The position numbers and the translations under genes were made by a program. A stretch of 64,000 nt of DNA from Octopus vulgaris. Its lineage: Eukaryota. The stretch covers positions 40,610,001 to 40,674,000 of the forward strand of contig OX597815.1 of assembly GCA_951406725.2 (NCBI GenBank). Reading direction: 5' to 3'. Of the stretch, positions 25,541 to 40,014 are shown one piece after another. The notes beneath the pieces are model-generated. The model had not been told where the DNA came from. It did no database searches and worked only from the letters and a program-made list of their open reading frames with translations. Positions within the stretch are counted from its first letter, which is position 1. The number at the start of each line of letters is the position of its first letter.

Positions 25541-26969
25541 CTAGCAGCAATTTAAAACCAACAAGGAAATAATTCACCGTCACTGAGTGTGACAAGGGTG
25601 CAGTGAGCACTACCATTGCTGGAAACAGGAGTTGTAGACTTCTTAGCCACAAAAAGCACATGGTCTCTGTATATTGACAGGGAAGAAAACCCTCCCCCAC
25701 TCTGAGCGAGATGCATTAGATTAGCACGCTAATTTCATATAAGAAATTAATACTCATCAATAATGCTCACTCCATCACAGCTGGTAGAGGCCAACTCACC
25801 CTGTCAATATTATGGATAATGCCATTGGAATCAATGACTGATTTCACAAAATGGCAATGTCAAAATTATAAAATAATCAAGGTGGCTAGTAGCAATTTAA
25901 AACCAAGGAAATAATGCACCATCACAATATATAAACTGACACAGAGTATGATCAAAGCCTACTAAAAAAAAAAAAAAGCTAAAAAAAACTAGTCTCTCAT
26001 CTGCATCTCCACACAAGCTGCAATGGTGTTTGTGAGCATGTGGTTTGTACAATTTTTCGCAGGTAGGAAGGAGGCAAGACATTTGATTGCAGTATCTTAT
26101 AACCACATTTTCTTTATAGAAATCACAGATTTTAGTTTAACATTTGTTACTAGGCTGTTCTAAATTCATGGAAATATTGTTTATAATTTAAAGACTTGTT
26201 ATTAAACTTTTGAAAATAGTGACACTACCTTGATAGATAACATGTTGGGGATGATGAATAACCGAGATGAGGGATGGAATGAAGGTCGGAATTTGATGAG
26301 TTCAGAACTCAGGGTTCGTTTATTCATTATTTCATTAAAGATTGCTGTTTTGGCAGTGCAGACTTAATCACAAGTGGACTATATATATATATAGTCACTT
26401 ATTTCTCTAATTTTGTCACAGATTGGCTGACCAAAAATTCTAAAATTTTTCGATTCTACTTCACTATTATCGGCATTTGCTGTTTCATTAAATTATGTTA
26501 CCCGAAATCCCAAAAGAATATTTTTCTCTCTCGCGTTCTATCCCTGACCACCCTAACTCTGCTCCACCTCTCTCTGTTTCAATTACCACTTGCTTCGCCA
26601 ACACTCCTCCTTCAACCCCACCCCCACTCTATATCACCTAGCAGACACACTCAGATTCTCCTACTTGATTTTTAATAACTCTCCCAAAAGAATACAAATC
26701 CAGAAGATGCTCTTGTCTAAATTTGCTAGCTCACAGTATGCCCGCCCTCTCATCCCCTCCACCTGTACCAGGAGTTCCTATCCTCTGTCATCATCCTTTG
26801 GTTGTTTCCCATGAACACTTCTAAAGGCTTAATACCATCCCCACCCCTACTTAGGGTTTATCTCCTATGTAAGGTAGTGATCATATATTGTGCAAAAATA
26901 TGATATGCAGGTTGAACTGATGGCTATTGTTTGTTTATGAATTCTGCCAAATGTGAGCTTTATTTTCAG

Positions 26970-27577
26970 GTACATGATGCTGCTGTCCCCCATCCCACAC
27001 CCTCAATGTTGGTCGGCACACTGAAAGGTAGGTCTGGTGAGATTGTTGAGATGCTTGAATGGAGATGTGTCAATTTGTGCTGCCTCCAAGAAGTAAGGTG
27101 GAGAAGAGGTTCCGCTAGGTTCCTCACAGGCAAAGAACACAGGTATAAGATTTTCTGGGCAGGGAACACTGACGGGGTTGGGTGCGTGGGTATACTTCTT
27201 GCGGAGAAATGGGTTGATAAGGTAATCAAGGTAGTCAGAGTATGCGACAGAATACTTAAGATTAGATTCTTAGCTGGGGCTACCTGATGGACAGAAAGAC
27301 CGATTCTATGACACCCTCTTGCAGACTACCTTGTTGATGAATGACAGGGACCTTCTCTTTGTGGCTGGTGACTTCATTGGACATGTTGGACAACATGCAG
27401 GAGGCTTCCATGGCGTACATGGAGGCTATGGTTTTGCTTCCTGCAATGAGGAGGGAACCAGGCTGCTGGAGTTCTGCAATGCAAATGATCTTATGGTTTG
27501 CAATACTAACTTCAGGAAACCTGCCAGTCACCTACTGTTCTGGCAGACACACCAGCCAGATTGACTACATCCTCGGC
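26970..27577 (+). mobile_element. RTE LINE AP-endonuclease fragment
   Basis: VGTLKGRSGEIVEML..CCLQEVRWR..GVGILL..AGDFIGHVG..SQIDYIL. Confidence 0.88.
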
Positions 27578-28797
27578 TAAAATGGTAATGACAAATTTTA
27601 AAGTTTGCTTGACACTTTATAAGTGTGAAAGGGATTAAAATTTTGATACACCATATTCAAAGGTTCTGACAGGAATAGGTAGAAAATCAGAGCTTGAGTC
27701 AAGAAGACACTGTCAACCAATCACAATTCTGTTTACATAATCAGTTTGATCAGTCACCTTCCTCTGTCGCTTGAGTAAAGTGTAATCCAAGCTGATGTTT
27801 ATTAGTAATTAAACTTATTTTGCAATACTTGTGTGTATTTATCAGTTTTGTTTTTGTTGATAAGAATTATCAACACCTTTTCCTGTGATCATGATTTGAG
27901 AAGACATACAGAAGTATGCTAAAGATTGGATGTAATCTCTTGTGGGCAAGAAATGTAAAATAAAGTTTATTGTAAACAATACAAACACTTTGTAATTTAA
28001 TAGCTTTCAATGTGATACTTGTTAAACAGAAATTATTTTTATTTAATGAAAATTTAATAAAATCTAATCATAAGTAAGTGAAATTATGCTAAATACAATT
28101 AAATTGAAAACCTTTTCCATCAGCCCATATCAGCAATTCTGAAAACTTTTGGGTGCGAATTTTGCATGAGTAGAAGCTTTTTTTAAGCAATTTTTATCAT
28201 GAAAATCACCTGCGCAAATTACATGGGTTTTTACGATAAGTACCAGTTGATCACTGAGATCACTGGAATGGTGCAGGACAGTCAATGATTTTAAAAGAAT
28301 GTAAACACAACATATGCATTCCTTCAGGTGCAAGGACAATGAAAATTCCATCTCCCTGTTGTGCTTCATCTGGAGACTCTGCAATCATTGGACCAATTTC
28401 TTCTATATCAAATGGAGTGTCACTGATAGGCATCCCACCCCACCTCCATGGAACTCACAATTGCTAACTCTGTCAAAAGTCTAAACATACTCTACCAAAG
28501 TGTGCAAGCCGTTAACAATAAGAGCAAACTATTTTATTGTTGCCACCAGAGGTACACTCAGTTAATGAATTTCAAGCCACTGACAGCTAAGCTATACCAC
28601 CTGAAGACTGGATGCTCAACACACACAAAGGCAGGCAGGGTATTTAATATCCATTACCCATACAGACTACAACTCCACACATGTTGATCATTCAGCCTCA
28701 ATTATAACCTAACGCCATCAAATCTGATTACTCCCAGATAGAGAATGCTGTTGTTAATGTGTTAACACTTCACTGAAGAGTAACTGAGTCTTTTACA

Positions 28798-29000
28798 ATG
28801 AAAAGGAGAAATGACAAGTCATATTTGAGCTTCAGTTTCACTGTGCTTACTGCTGGTGGAGTAGAAAAACTACTATGTGCTCTGAGATATTGGCAGCTTC
28901 TTTGTTGAAGCCCAGCAGGCTAAAGAGGCATTTGGAAACAAAACATCCTAGTGCAGTCATCAAAGACAAGGAATTTTTCAGGTGCCAAACTGACAAATTA
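28798..29000 (+). mobile_element. hAT Charlie/Buster-type transposase N-terminal (BED finger) relic
   Basis: MKRRNDKSYLSFSFT..(frameshift)..EILAASLLKPSRLKRHLETKHP..DKEFF. Confidence 0.75.
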
Positions 29001-29781
29001 GTCAAATACAGTGTTAATATCAGTTTCATTTAAACTGAATTTAAGGAAATACCATATTGGAAGGGTACCAATAAATGTTCTATTACTGCTCCCCTTTAGT
29101 TTTGAGCCACAGGAGCTAGCTTAAAAGTCCACATTTTAAGCTAGTATATATGCGCACTAATCACACGTACACGTATCATTATTGTGATTTTAGTGTCCCC
29201 TTTGCAACACTTGCAGATTTTCTACAAATGAATGCTCTTCCTGTAATGAACCCTCACCTGTTTCCAAGTGAGGTAATATATCTCCATGGCCAAATGTTTT
29301 TCATCCATGAATGGAAACAAATGGTGCTTGTTTAGAATCATCACGCAATGTCAAGACCAAAAGATGTTTTCAGTTTCCATCTACCCAATTTAAACTCACA
29401 AGACTTTCATCAGTTGGGGGCTATAGTAAAATCTCAAGGTGCTGTGCAGTAAGATTGAACCTGAAACCACATGGCTAAGAAGCAAGCTTCTTTACCACAC
29501 AACCACATCATTGTGTTAACGTCCACATTTCTTCCATGCTCACATGATTTAGACAGAGTTTATTAAGACAGATTTTCTTCAACCAGATACCCTCCTTGTC
29601 ACCAACCCTCATGGGTTTTCGAGCAAGGTAATATTTCCCCATGGCAAACCATGTTTTTACAGAACATAAGAAATGGATGATACTGCTTGTATGACAGTGA
29701 CCTCATTTACAAGTATGCAATGTCAAGACAAGGACACACACATACACTCTGGCATATGTACATCCACATATATATATATAT

Positions 29782-31533
29782 ATCATCATCATCATCGTTT
29801 AATGTCTGCTTTCCATGCTAGCATGGGTTGGATGTATGACTGAGGGCTGGCGAACCAGATGGCTGTACCAGGCTTCAATCTTGATCTGGCAGAGTTTCTA
29901 CAGCTGGATGCCATTCCTAACGCCAACCACTCCGAGAGTGTAGTGGGTGCTTTTGTGCCACCAGCACGGGGCCATTCAGGTGGTACTGGCAACGACCTCG
30001 CTCGAATCTTTTACACATGCCACCGGCACAGGTGCCAGTAAGACGATGCTGGTAACGATCATGCTTGAATGGTGTCTTTTATGTGCCACTGGCACGGAGG
30101 CCAGATAGCTGCTCTGGCAATGATCACGCTCAGATGGTGCTCTTAATACCCTACTAGCACGGGTCTCGAGTGCCAGTAAGGTGACGCTGGTAACGATCAC
30201 ACTCGAATGGTGCCTTTTAAGTGCCACTGGCATAGAAGCCGGTTGGCCGCTGTCAATGATCACACTCATATGGTGCTCTTTTCACCTAGCTAGCACAGAC
30301 GCCAGTCATCGAATTTGATTTTGATTTCACTTGCCTCAACAAGTTTTCGCAAGTAGAATTTTAGTGTCCAAAGAAGGAAAAGGTACGCATAAGTGGGCTG
30401 GTTATGCCCCTGGCATAGGCCACAAGATTATGGTCTCATTTGGCTTGCCGAGTCTTCTCACGCATGGCATATTTCCAAAAGTCTCAGTCACTAGTCATTT
30501 CCTTGGTGAGGCCTAATGTTCGAATGTCGTGCTTCACCACTTCATCCCAGGTCTTCTTGGGTCTACCTCTTCCAAAGGTTCCCACAACCACTAGGGTGTG
30601 GCACTTTTTTTACACAGCTGTCTTTATCCATTCTTGCCACATGACCATATCAGTACAGTCATCTCTCTTGCACACCACATCTGATGCTTCTTAGATCCAA
30701 CATTTCTCTCAAGGTACTTTCACTCTGTCGAGTATGCACACTGACATTACACATCCATCGGATCATACTGGCTTCATTCCTTGCGAGCTTATGCATGTCC
30801 TCAGCAGTCACAGCCCATGTTTCACTGCCATGTAGCATGGCTGTTCGTACACATGCATCATACAGTCTACCTTTTACTCTGAACGAGAGACCTTTTGTCA
30901 CCAGCAGAGGTAAGAGCTCTCTGAACTTTGCCCAAGCTATTCTTATTCTAGCAGCTACACTTTCAGTGTACCTTCCCTCGCTACTGACTTGGTCACCTAG
31001 GTAAGGGAAGCTATCAACTACATCTAGTTTTCCTCCCTGGAATGTGGCGGAATTTGTTCTCTGCGCATTTTCAGTGCTTATTGTTCCCGAGCATTTGCTA
31101 CATACAAAAACTATCTTCCCCGTAAGCCTTCCTTTTATATTACTGTACCTTTTATGTGTCCATAGCTTACACTGGGTACATCTTATAGAGTTTCTACCTA
31201 CGCCTCTACTACAGATTGAGCAGGGCCATCTACTTGAAGGGATTTGTGGTTTGCCTGCCTTCCTGCTTATTAGGACTTTGGTTTTAGCTAGGTTGACTCT
31301 AAGGCCTTTCGATTCTAATCCTTGTTTCCACACCTGAAACTTCTCCTCTAGTTCTGATAGTGACTCAGCAATTAGAGCAAGGTCATCAGCATAGAGGAGC
31401 TCCCAGGGGCATCCTGTCTTGAATTCCTCCATTATTGCCTGGAGGACTATGATAAATAGGAGGGGCTGAGGACTGAATGCTGGTGGACCCCTACCTCTAC
31501 CCTGAATTCTTCAGAGTACTCATTGCCAACCCT
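29782..31533 (-). mobile_element. 5'-truncated RTE LINE (RT C-terminus, Cys-rich insert, repeat-bearing 3' UTR)
   Basis: ORF 30659-31432 WELLYADDLALIAES..WPCSIC..RLYDACVRTAMLHGSETW; (cat)n tail. Confidence 0.92.
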
Positions 31534-32782
31534 CATATTTATATGTATATACAGATACATTCAACTTCTGTTTACCAAATCCACTTTTGTCAGCCTAGAT
31601 CTATAGTAGAAGATACTTACCTATGGTGCGATGCAGTGGGACTGATCATAGAACCTCTTAACTACAAAGCCACTCCCTCACCTATATATATGAGTGTATG
31701 TGTGTATTTATATATATTAATCAAAGTTCACAGTATTATAGATCCATTTCAGCTGATCTTACAAACTGATTTTACATTAGATATTAGATAACAGGGCAGT
31801 TAACTAAAACCATGTGCTCTTCAAGAGATAGCAGGGATGGAATTAAATTTCTTCTTTCTGATTCATGGATTCATAGACAACTGTATATGCATATAAAAAA
31901 TATCATTATTTATACAATGTACAAGATCTGAAATATTTGCATATTTATTCTTAACACGTCAGGGCAGTCTCAGACACAAAATATACTGGTCGTTGTAGGA
32001 CATATCACAGGGGAATAACTTCTCCCTTTTACAATGACAGCATGTTCATCACACTCAGCTCATTGGTGCACAAGGGTTTTGACATATAATTATATTTCCC
32101 TATTACTATATCTATATGATAAAACATAAACAAAATCTCCTTTCATATATCTGGATTCTTTCTTTTAATTTATAAATCATCAGTTTTAAAAATCTATTTT
32201 TACACCAATTTAAAATGTTTTATTTAAATAATATTAACATTTCTCATGCACATAGCTCCTCGACAAATTCTTCAGTGGTGGGTTTAGTTGTGTTGGAAAA
32301 GTTTCAGTCCAAACCAGTTCAGAAATAAACATACAACAATAACTACCACAGTTGCTGGGAACAGGAGTAAATAGTAATATAGGCTTTCAACATTAAATTC
32401 TGGTTGCATCTGTTAATGAAAAGAAAAGAAAGATAAATCCAGATAATTTCATAAAGAAATGTCATTGATATAATAATGTAATATAAGACAAATGTTAAAA
32501 AAAAAAGTATCTCGAAACAGATGCTAACATCCAAATTAAGAAAATTGCATACCTTTGTGAAAAATTCTATACAAATACAGACACTTCATACTTTCATCTC
32601 AACACAAACTTGTGTTTGGACTGGCCATAAAACTAACCATTGATCTGTTCTAAGATTATTGAACTATTTCTTAAATCAGCTAACCATCAAAATATTTCAG
32701 CTTTTAGAAGTAAAAAGACCCCTCAATTCTTTGTCTTGGTTGAAAGAGATTTGGCTTCTATTTTTAACAAGTCAGGCAACTG

Positions 32783-34608
32783 CAGGAGAAATATCTAGCC
32801 AAAGATAAACCTCTGTACTTGGCTTTTGTTGACGAAGAGAAAGCCTTTAACAGGGTGACCCAATCCCTTATCTGGTGGTCAATGCGGAAACTGGGGATAG
32901 ACGAGTGGTTGGGAAGAGTTGTACAAACCCTGTACAGGGATGCTGTCAGTAAGGTGAGGGTTGGTAACGAGTATAGTGAAGAATTCCGAGTAGACGTAGG
33001 GGTTCACCAAGGATCAGCCCCCTCTTGTTCATTATAGTCCTCCAGGCAATAACAGCTGTCCAGCTGCCCCTGGGAGCTCCTCTATGCTGATGACTTTATT
33101 CTAATAGCTGAGTCATTGCCAGAACTAAAGACGAAGTTTAGGGTGTAGAAGCAAAGTCTAGAATAGAAGGGCTTTAGGGTTAACCTAGCAAAAACCAGTC
33201 TTAGTAAGTAGGAAGGCTGTCAAATCAAAACCCCCTTCAGGTAGATGGCCCTGCTTGATCTGTAGAAAAGGCATGGGCAGAAACTCCATACGATGTACCT
33301 AGTGTTAGCTATGAACACATAAAAGGTGCAGCAATATCAAAGGAAGGTTAACCAGGAAGATAGTTTTTGTGTGTGGCAGATGCACAGGGGCAATAAACAC
33401 GGAAGATATACAGAAAACAGATTCCGTTACATGCCAGACGGAGAAACTAGAAGTAGTTAATAGCTTCCACTACTTAGGTGACCAAGTCTGTAGTAGAGGT
33501 GGTTGCTCTGAGAGTGTAGCGACTAGAATAAGAATAGCCTGGGCAAAGTTCAGGGAGCTCCTACCTCTGCTGGCAAGGGCCTCTCGCTCAGGTTGAAAGG
33601 TAGACTGTATGTATGATGCATGTGTGTGAACTGCCATGCTACACAGCAGTGAAACATGGGCCATGACTGTTGAGGACATGTGTAGGTTTGAAAGAAATGA
33701 AGCTAGTAAGATCTGCTGGATGTGTAATGTCAGTGTGCATACATGACAGAATGTAAGCACTCTGAGAGAAAAGTTGGGCATAAAAAGTATCAAATGTGGT
33801 GTGCAAGAGAGACGACTGCGTTTGTATGGTCATGTGTTCCATATGGATGAGAAGAGCTGTGTGAGGAAGTGCCACTTCCTAACTGTGGAAGGAACCTGTG
33901 GAAGATTTAGACCCAGGAAGACATAGGATGAAGTGGTGAAGCATAACTTTCAAACATTGGACCTCATAGAGGCAATGACAGGAGACCAAGACTTTTGGAG
34001 ATAGGCTGTGATTGAGAAGACCCAGCAACTAAAGTGAGATCACAGCCATACATGTATGGCCCAGTTAAGAGTACCTCCAATGTGTCGGGTGATATGATAT
34101 GTGGGAAGACCTGTTGAGTCAAGTTAAACCAATATTGTAGCTGCGGCCAGTGGCCTCTGACTGGCACATAAAAAGCAACATCTGAACGTGGTTGATGCCA
34201 GGTCTGACCAACTGGCTCCTGTGCCTGTGGCACATAAAAAGCACCATCTGAATGAGGACAATGCCAGTACCCACTGACTGGTTCCCGTGCTGGTGGCACA
34301 TAAAAAGCACCATCTGAACATGGCCAATGTCAGCACCCTTGGACTGGTCCCTGTGCCAGAGGCACTTAAAAAGTACTATCCAAATGTGATCGATGCCAGC
34401 CCTGCCTGACTGGCTCCTGTGCTGATGGCACATAAAAAGCACCCACTACACTCTTGGAGTGGTTGGCGTTAGGAAGGGCATCCAACTGTAGAAACATTAC
34501 CAGATCAGTTTAGAGCCTGGTGCAGCAACTGGCTCTCCAGACCTCAGTCAAACTGTCCAACCCATACCAGCGTGGAAAATGGACATTAAACGATGATGAT
34601 GATGATGA
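32783..34608 (+). mobile_element. 5'-truncated RTE LINE (decayed)
   Basis: LAFVDEEKAFNRV..VGVHQGS..YADD, many stops, repeat 3' UTR, (gat)n tail. Confidence 0.9.
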
Positions 34609-34759
34609 TAAATAAATAAAGTGCTTGGTGAGGAGAAATATGATAGTCAAGAAGATAGATGACAAAATTTGAAGTTAACTTGACCAGATGATACACAGCA
34701 GTACAGAAGTGCACTACCAATGCTCCCAAAACAACATTAACAATGATGAAAGTTAGGTC

Positions 34760-35215
34760 TTCACGAAGTTCAGATTATGGTCTGCGCTGTCCAACATGTC
34801 TTGAGTGATTTCCATGTGGAGTTGATTCTGCTGCTCTCCCAGCACCTTGGGAATGACACCTTCTGAATGAACAAATCCTCTGTTAAAATGGAATGCACTG
34901 ATCTTGTGCTTGTTTCGACTTCATGAGCAATTTCCTAGTTTATTACACAACAGTCTTTCATGATTATTTGTGAAATCTTCCTGATCGGTTCCTCATTTCG
35001 GCTTGTGGATGGCCTGCCTGAGCATGCCTTGCTCTTCACTGAGGTGCAGCCATGTTTGAAGCAGTTGTACTTCTCCTTGATCTGAGTTTTGCCGTGGCAT
35101 CATTGCCAAAGCCTGCTGAATCTTCTGGATGATTTGAGCTTGAATATCACAAAGCTTTTGGTAAAACTTAATGCATTTGGTGAAAACAAAAATCTGATGA
35201 GCACACACTAAATCT
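34760..35215 (-). mobile_element. mariner transposase N-terminal relic
   Basis: CIKFYQKL..IQQAFGND..SGRPSTSRNE..VHSILTEDL (HTH region). Confidence 0.7.
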
Positions 35216-35292
35216 GTACTCTAGGCATAATAGCCAGGAATTGACATGTTTAGTGAAGTAATTTGAAGTGTAGTTAAAGTAAACATTAACCG

Positions 35293-37094
35293 GGGTTAAT
35301 GTTTACCTTAACTCCTGGTCACCAAAACAAAAAATAAAAACAAATGCAATAGGTGTAAAAAAGTGTGTACTAAACGAATATGAAAACAAAAATTTGTACC
35401 AACGAACTGGGAGTGGGGAGAGGACTTTCAGAAAATTCACAAGATCCGATTTTTTCCCCCTCATAACTTTTAGGGAAATGGATATCTTTTGATGAAATTT
35501 TATATATATACATTTCAAACAGCATAGATTATGATTATAAAGAAATTTATGGGGAAAATTTTTCTGAGTGGGTGGAGAGAAGACTTTCAAAGAGAAAGGG
35601 TCCACTTCTTTTTATTATCTATATCAATGACATTGCCGATTCCATTGAACATAGCACAATTAAAACATTTGCAGAAGTCTCTAAGCTCCAGAAAGTCATT
35701 AAGGGAGCATATGATCGAATAACGCTTCAATCGGACCTATGCGCAGTAACCCAGTGGGCACAAAAAACAATGTGCAGTTTGGAAATGAGGGCACACTCAA
35801 ACAGCCATATACACTACCGTTGGGAGACCTACTTGAACCATCAAATATCAGAGATTTAGGTGTAACTATCGACAGCAACTTTAGCTGGAGTGTGCACATC
35901 AACAAAAAAGTCGATGTTGCTCGCAGAATGTGCTCATGGATCCTCAGAACTTTTCAATCTAGGGATCATGGAACCATCATCCTTCTCTTCTCTATTCTCT
36001 CCACATTCGCTAGGCCCCACCTTGAATACTGCTGCCCATTGTGGTCTCCCTACAAGAAACAAGACATAACGAGGATCAAAGAGCCACAAAGATCAATCAC
36101 AAGAAAAATAAATGGCATGATGGGACTTGATTATTGGGCTCAACTTAAACAGCTGAAACTTTATTCTTGGCAACACTGCCATGAGCAATACATTATTTGC
36201 ACCATGTGGAAAATATTTCACCAATATTATCCAAATGATATTGGTATTATGTTTACAATTTACCCAAGACTAGGCCCCCGTGCAATGCATCCCCTATAAA
36301 GGTCGAGATTACATCGCATAAGAACATTGCGACAAATTCTTCACTGCAAATGGTCCTGCTCTTCCCAATGTTATCCCGAAAGAAATTAAAGTAGAAAACA
36401 ACCCCACAACTTTCAAACAGTACCTGGACAAATTCCTCCACGAAATACTGGATAGACCACCTACACCTGGATACATCTCAACCAACAACTCTCTGCTTGA
36501 GTGGTCCATGGTGTCCTGAAATAATTAACTAAAAGTCTTTACCGGGTGGTGCTACTGGCCGAAACCAATCTAAGTTATGTATCATAGTGAGAGAAACAAA
36601 TTCATAAATACAGTGTTGAATATGGTTTCACTAACGAAAAGAAATGTTATGGGCGATTTAGCTGTTGTTTTTAGCACATCTCCACCGTTGGGATCTTTTT
36701 TAAAACTTTTTTCCTATTACTCAAACGAAAAATTGATGAATCTAAAATTTTTTTTCTAACTTATTTCCATACACTCAAGCAAAAAAATAATTTATGAATT
36801 TCTTTCTCCTTGAAAGTCCTCCCTCCTCGGAAAAAAAATTTCCCCGCAAATTTCTTTATAATTGTAATCTATGCCGTTTGAAAGGTATTTATATAAAATT
36901 TCATTAAAAGATATCCATTTTCCAAAAAAGTTATAATGAGGGAAAAAATAGCATCATGTGAATTTTCCGAAAGTCCTCTCCCCATCCAAATTTTTGCTTT
37001 CGTATTCGTTTAAAACACATTTTTTTTACACCTATTACACTTGTTTTTTTGTTGTTTTTTTTGGTGACCGGGAGTTAAAAGTAAACATTAACCC
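35293..37094. mobile_element. foldback/MITE with ~300-bp inverted arms enclosing a CR1 fragment
   Basis: Arms 35293-35598 and ~36800-37094; termini gggttaatgtttac / gtaaacattaaccc. Confidence 0.75.
35599..36575 (+). mobile_element. CR1-clade LINE 3' fragment
   Basis: GPLLFIIYINDI..IRDLGVTIDS..RPHLEYCCPLWSP..LDYWAQLKQLKLYS. Confidence 0.88.
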
Positions 37095-37758
37095 ATTATT
37101 GTTAGCGTAAATGATTGGAAGAGTCACAGACCGAAGCTAGGGTCGTGAATAATGTTGACGTAGGACGGGGTGCTAATAACTTCGGCCAAAATATACTTTA
37201 GCAGTTTAAAATCTTCCGTGCCACTTTGAAGCCCTTCTTTTGTCACAACCAGAATTTCGTGTATGAAAAAGGCATGCAAGGACTATTTATGTGCCGAAGA
37301 TAAAGAATACGCACATGCGGTGGTTAGGGTTTTTCTTACGCTGAAAACGGGTGGTGTGCGTATCCTTTACCGTCACCGTTTACGTAATTAGGAGAAAATC
37401 AAACAAGCTAAAAATATGTTGAGGTTCATAATATAAAGTCAATACAGCCTTTTTGTTTTTTTTTCATATTTGAATTCCATTGTGGTTTTAAGTCATGATA
37501 TTAGAAAAAAAAATTAAAGGTGTCATTGAAAGTTTTATATCCCAAAATTTAATTTATTTGTGACTTCACTTCTACAAAATTTGAAACTTGAGCCATTTTA
37601 GAATCTGATACCTATTCGGGACACTGAAAGTTTAATCTTCGTCACTCACTAAGGAACCATAATTAATTGAAAATGTTTCTCTGGATTCAATTAGATGTTA
37701 TTTACCGACGATTAACACCTAATTTCAAAAATATAATTAGCAGTATGTAAATAGAACT

Positions 37759-37925
37759 TTTACTTGTTTCAGTCATTTGACTGCGGCCATGCTGGAGCAC
37801 CGCCTTTAGTCGAGCAAATCAACCCCAGGACTTATTCTTTGTAAGCCTAGTACTTATTCTATCGGTCTATTTTGCCGAACCGCTAAGTTATGGGGACGTA
37901 AACACATCACCATCGGTTGCCAAGC

Positions 37926-37964
<39 letters not shown>

Positions 37965-38121
37965 GACAGGCTTCTTTCAGTTTCTGTCTACCAAATCCAC
38001 TCACAAGGCTTTGGTCAGCCCGAGGCTATAGTAGAAGACACTTGCCCAAGGTACCACGCAGTGTGACTGAACCCGGAACCATGTGGTTGGTAAGCAAGCT
38101 ACTTACCACACAGCCACTCCT
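37759..38121 (-). mobile_element. full-length CORE-like tRNA SINE
   Basis: Minus: aggagtggctgtgtggtaag (A box), gggttcagtc (B box), ccttgggcaagtgtctt, internal (TA)n, CR1-like tail. Confidence 0.88.
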
Positions 38122-38221
38122 AGAATTAAGTAACTGAGTTTTGCATGTACTTTATTAGATATTTTGGGAGTAGTGAAGATTTCTAAAAAAAAAAATTGTT
38201 TGCTCGTATATATTTTATATA

Positions 38222-39258
38222 CAAGGTGGCACCAAAAAGTTCCAGGACTTGTTATGTTTAATAAAAAATAACTTATTTACCTAAGTTTTAACATCATCTC
38301 CATCGGAATAGTCACTTTGCGCAACAGTACACCCATCCCAGAGTTCCTTCCATTTTTGGAATCCGGCCCGGAAGTCGTTTTCCGTGAGCGAGTCGAGGAC
38401 CTTTTGCGATTCACTCTGGATCTCGACAATGGTGTTAAAACGGCGACCTTTGAGTTGCATCTTCATCTTGAGGAAGAGATGGAAGTCCGCGGGTGCTAAA
38501 TCTGGCGGTTGCGGAAGCAATACCATGTTGTTTTTGGCGAGAAACTCACGAGTGAGGAGAGCACGGCGACAGGGTACATTGTTGTGAAGAATCCAATTCT
38601 TCGTACTCCACAGATCCGGTCGATTTCGCCGAATGTCTTCCCTCAGGCGCTTCAAAACGTCGCAGTAGAACTTTTGATTGACGGTCCGGTCTTGAGGAAC
38701 GAATTCTCGATGCAAAATACCGTGGATATCGGGGAAAAAAAAAAAAAAAAAAAAAACGATGAGCATGGTCTTGATTGAGTTGCGGCTCTGTCGTGCTTTC
38801 TTCCGTCGTGGAGATGAAGGGTTCTTCCATTGTGACGGCTGCTGCTACGTCTCAGGGTCGTACCCGTAGACCCAGCTCTAATCACCGACGATGATCCTCG
38901 ACATGAAGGATGGGTCATCAGCGGCACACTGACAGAGATCTTGACAGACTTCGACGCGATATTCTTTCTGCTCAATGGTCAGTAGGTGGTGCACAAACTT
39001 GGCAGAGATACGCCGCATGTTCAATTCAGAGGTGAGAATTGCCTGCACAGACCCATACGACAGACCAACATCAGCAATGTCGTTGATTGTCCTCCGACAA
39101 TCCTCGTGCACTAGCTGATGAATTTTCTCCATATTTCCGGGGGTGACGCTCGTAGCAGGGTCTCCAGATCGCTCATTGTCTTCTATGGACGTTCTTCTGC
39201 TTTTGAAGCGCCCGTACCACTCGAAACATCGCGTCCGACCAATTGCTTCGTCGTCGTA
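38222..39258 (-). mobile_element. mariner element, transposase pseudogene lacking the left end
   Basis: TA|caaggtggcaccaaaaagttcc terminus; ..IIVGDESWVYGYDPET..TVNQKFYCDVLKRLRE..PDLAPADFHLF; an A-run expansion breaks the frame. Confidence 0.9.
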
Positions 39259-39261
39259 AAT

Positions 39262-39322
39262 TTACCAACATCGGTTGTCAAACGATGGGGAGGGGGATGA
39301 AAGCAAACACATTGACACCAAT

Positions 39323-39354
<32 letters not shown>

Positions 39355-39503
39355 GATGGGCTTCTTTCAGTTTCCATCTACCAAATATACTCGCAAAACT
39401 TTGGTCGGGCCGAGGCTATAGTAGAAGACACTTGCTCAAGGTGCTACGCAGTAGGACTGAACCCGGAACCATGTGGTTGGGAATCAAGCTTCTTACCACA
39501 CAG

Positions 39504-39506
<3 letters not shown>
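39262..39506 (-). mobile_element. CORE-like SINE 5' part
   Basis: Same family as 37759-38121. Confidence 0.8.
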
Positions 39507-39552
<46 letters not shown>

Positions 39553-39630
39553 ACAAAGAGAAAACACAACAACGCAAGGACGTGGAACAAGTATAGTGTT
39601 ATTGGACGCTCGGGAAAGGAAAGAAAGAAG

Positions 39631-39666
39631 GATTTAACGTTTCGAGCGAAGCTCCTCGTCAGGAAC
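39631..39666 (-). ncRNA. minimal variant HHR within a Penelope-like terminal fragment (39548-39737)
   Basis: Minus: GTTC CTGACGA G GAGC-TTC-GCTC GAAA CG TT|AAATC. Loopless ACGT stem III, extra nt after A9, imperfect stem I. Confidence 0.55.
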
Positions 39667-39741
39667 ACAGAAAAAGGAAAGATCCAAGGAAGGGAAGACG
39701 GAGGGAAAAAATCGCCAACGATACACACGCGGTCACATATT

Positions 39742-39943
39742 GAATATATTGTTATATTTCCAGAAATATAACTACATACACATATCTATATATCACTCCT
39801 CTAATTGCGTAACTAAAATCTGTAGTGCTTTATATTTTATAAGTCTTACTATTATTTCTTTATGGTTAGTAAGGAAAAATATAGAATAGATATCCAAAAG
39901 TTTGATCGTTAACTACTCCTTATTAAGAAGTTATCCTTAATTG

Positions 39944-40014
<71 letters not shown>

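Noticed and set aside
28270-28440. Minus peptide MPISDTPFDIEEIGPMIAESPDEAQQGDGI as a host exon
   Set aside because: Resembles the LINE pre-RT PFxxxEI..PGxDGI linker and lacks proper splice sites.
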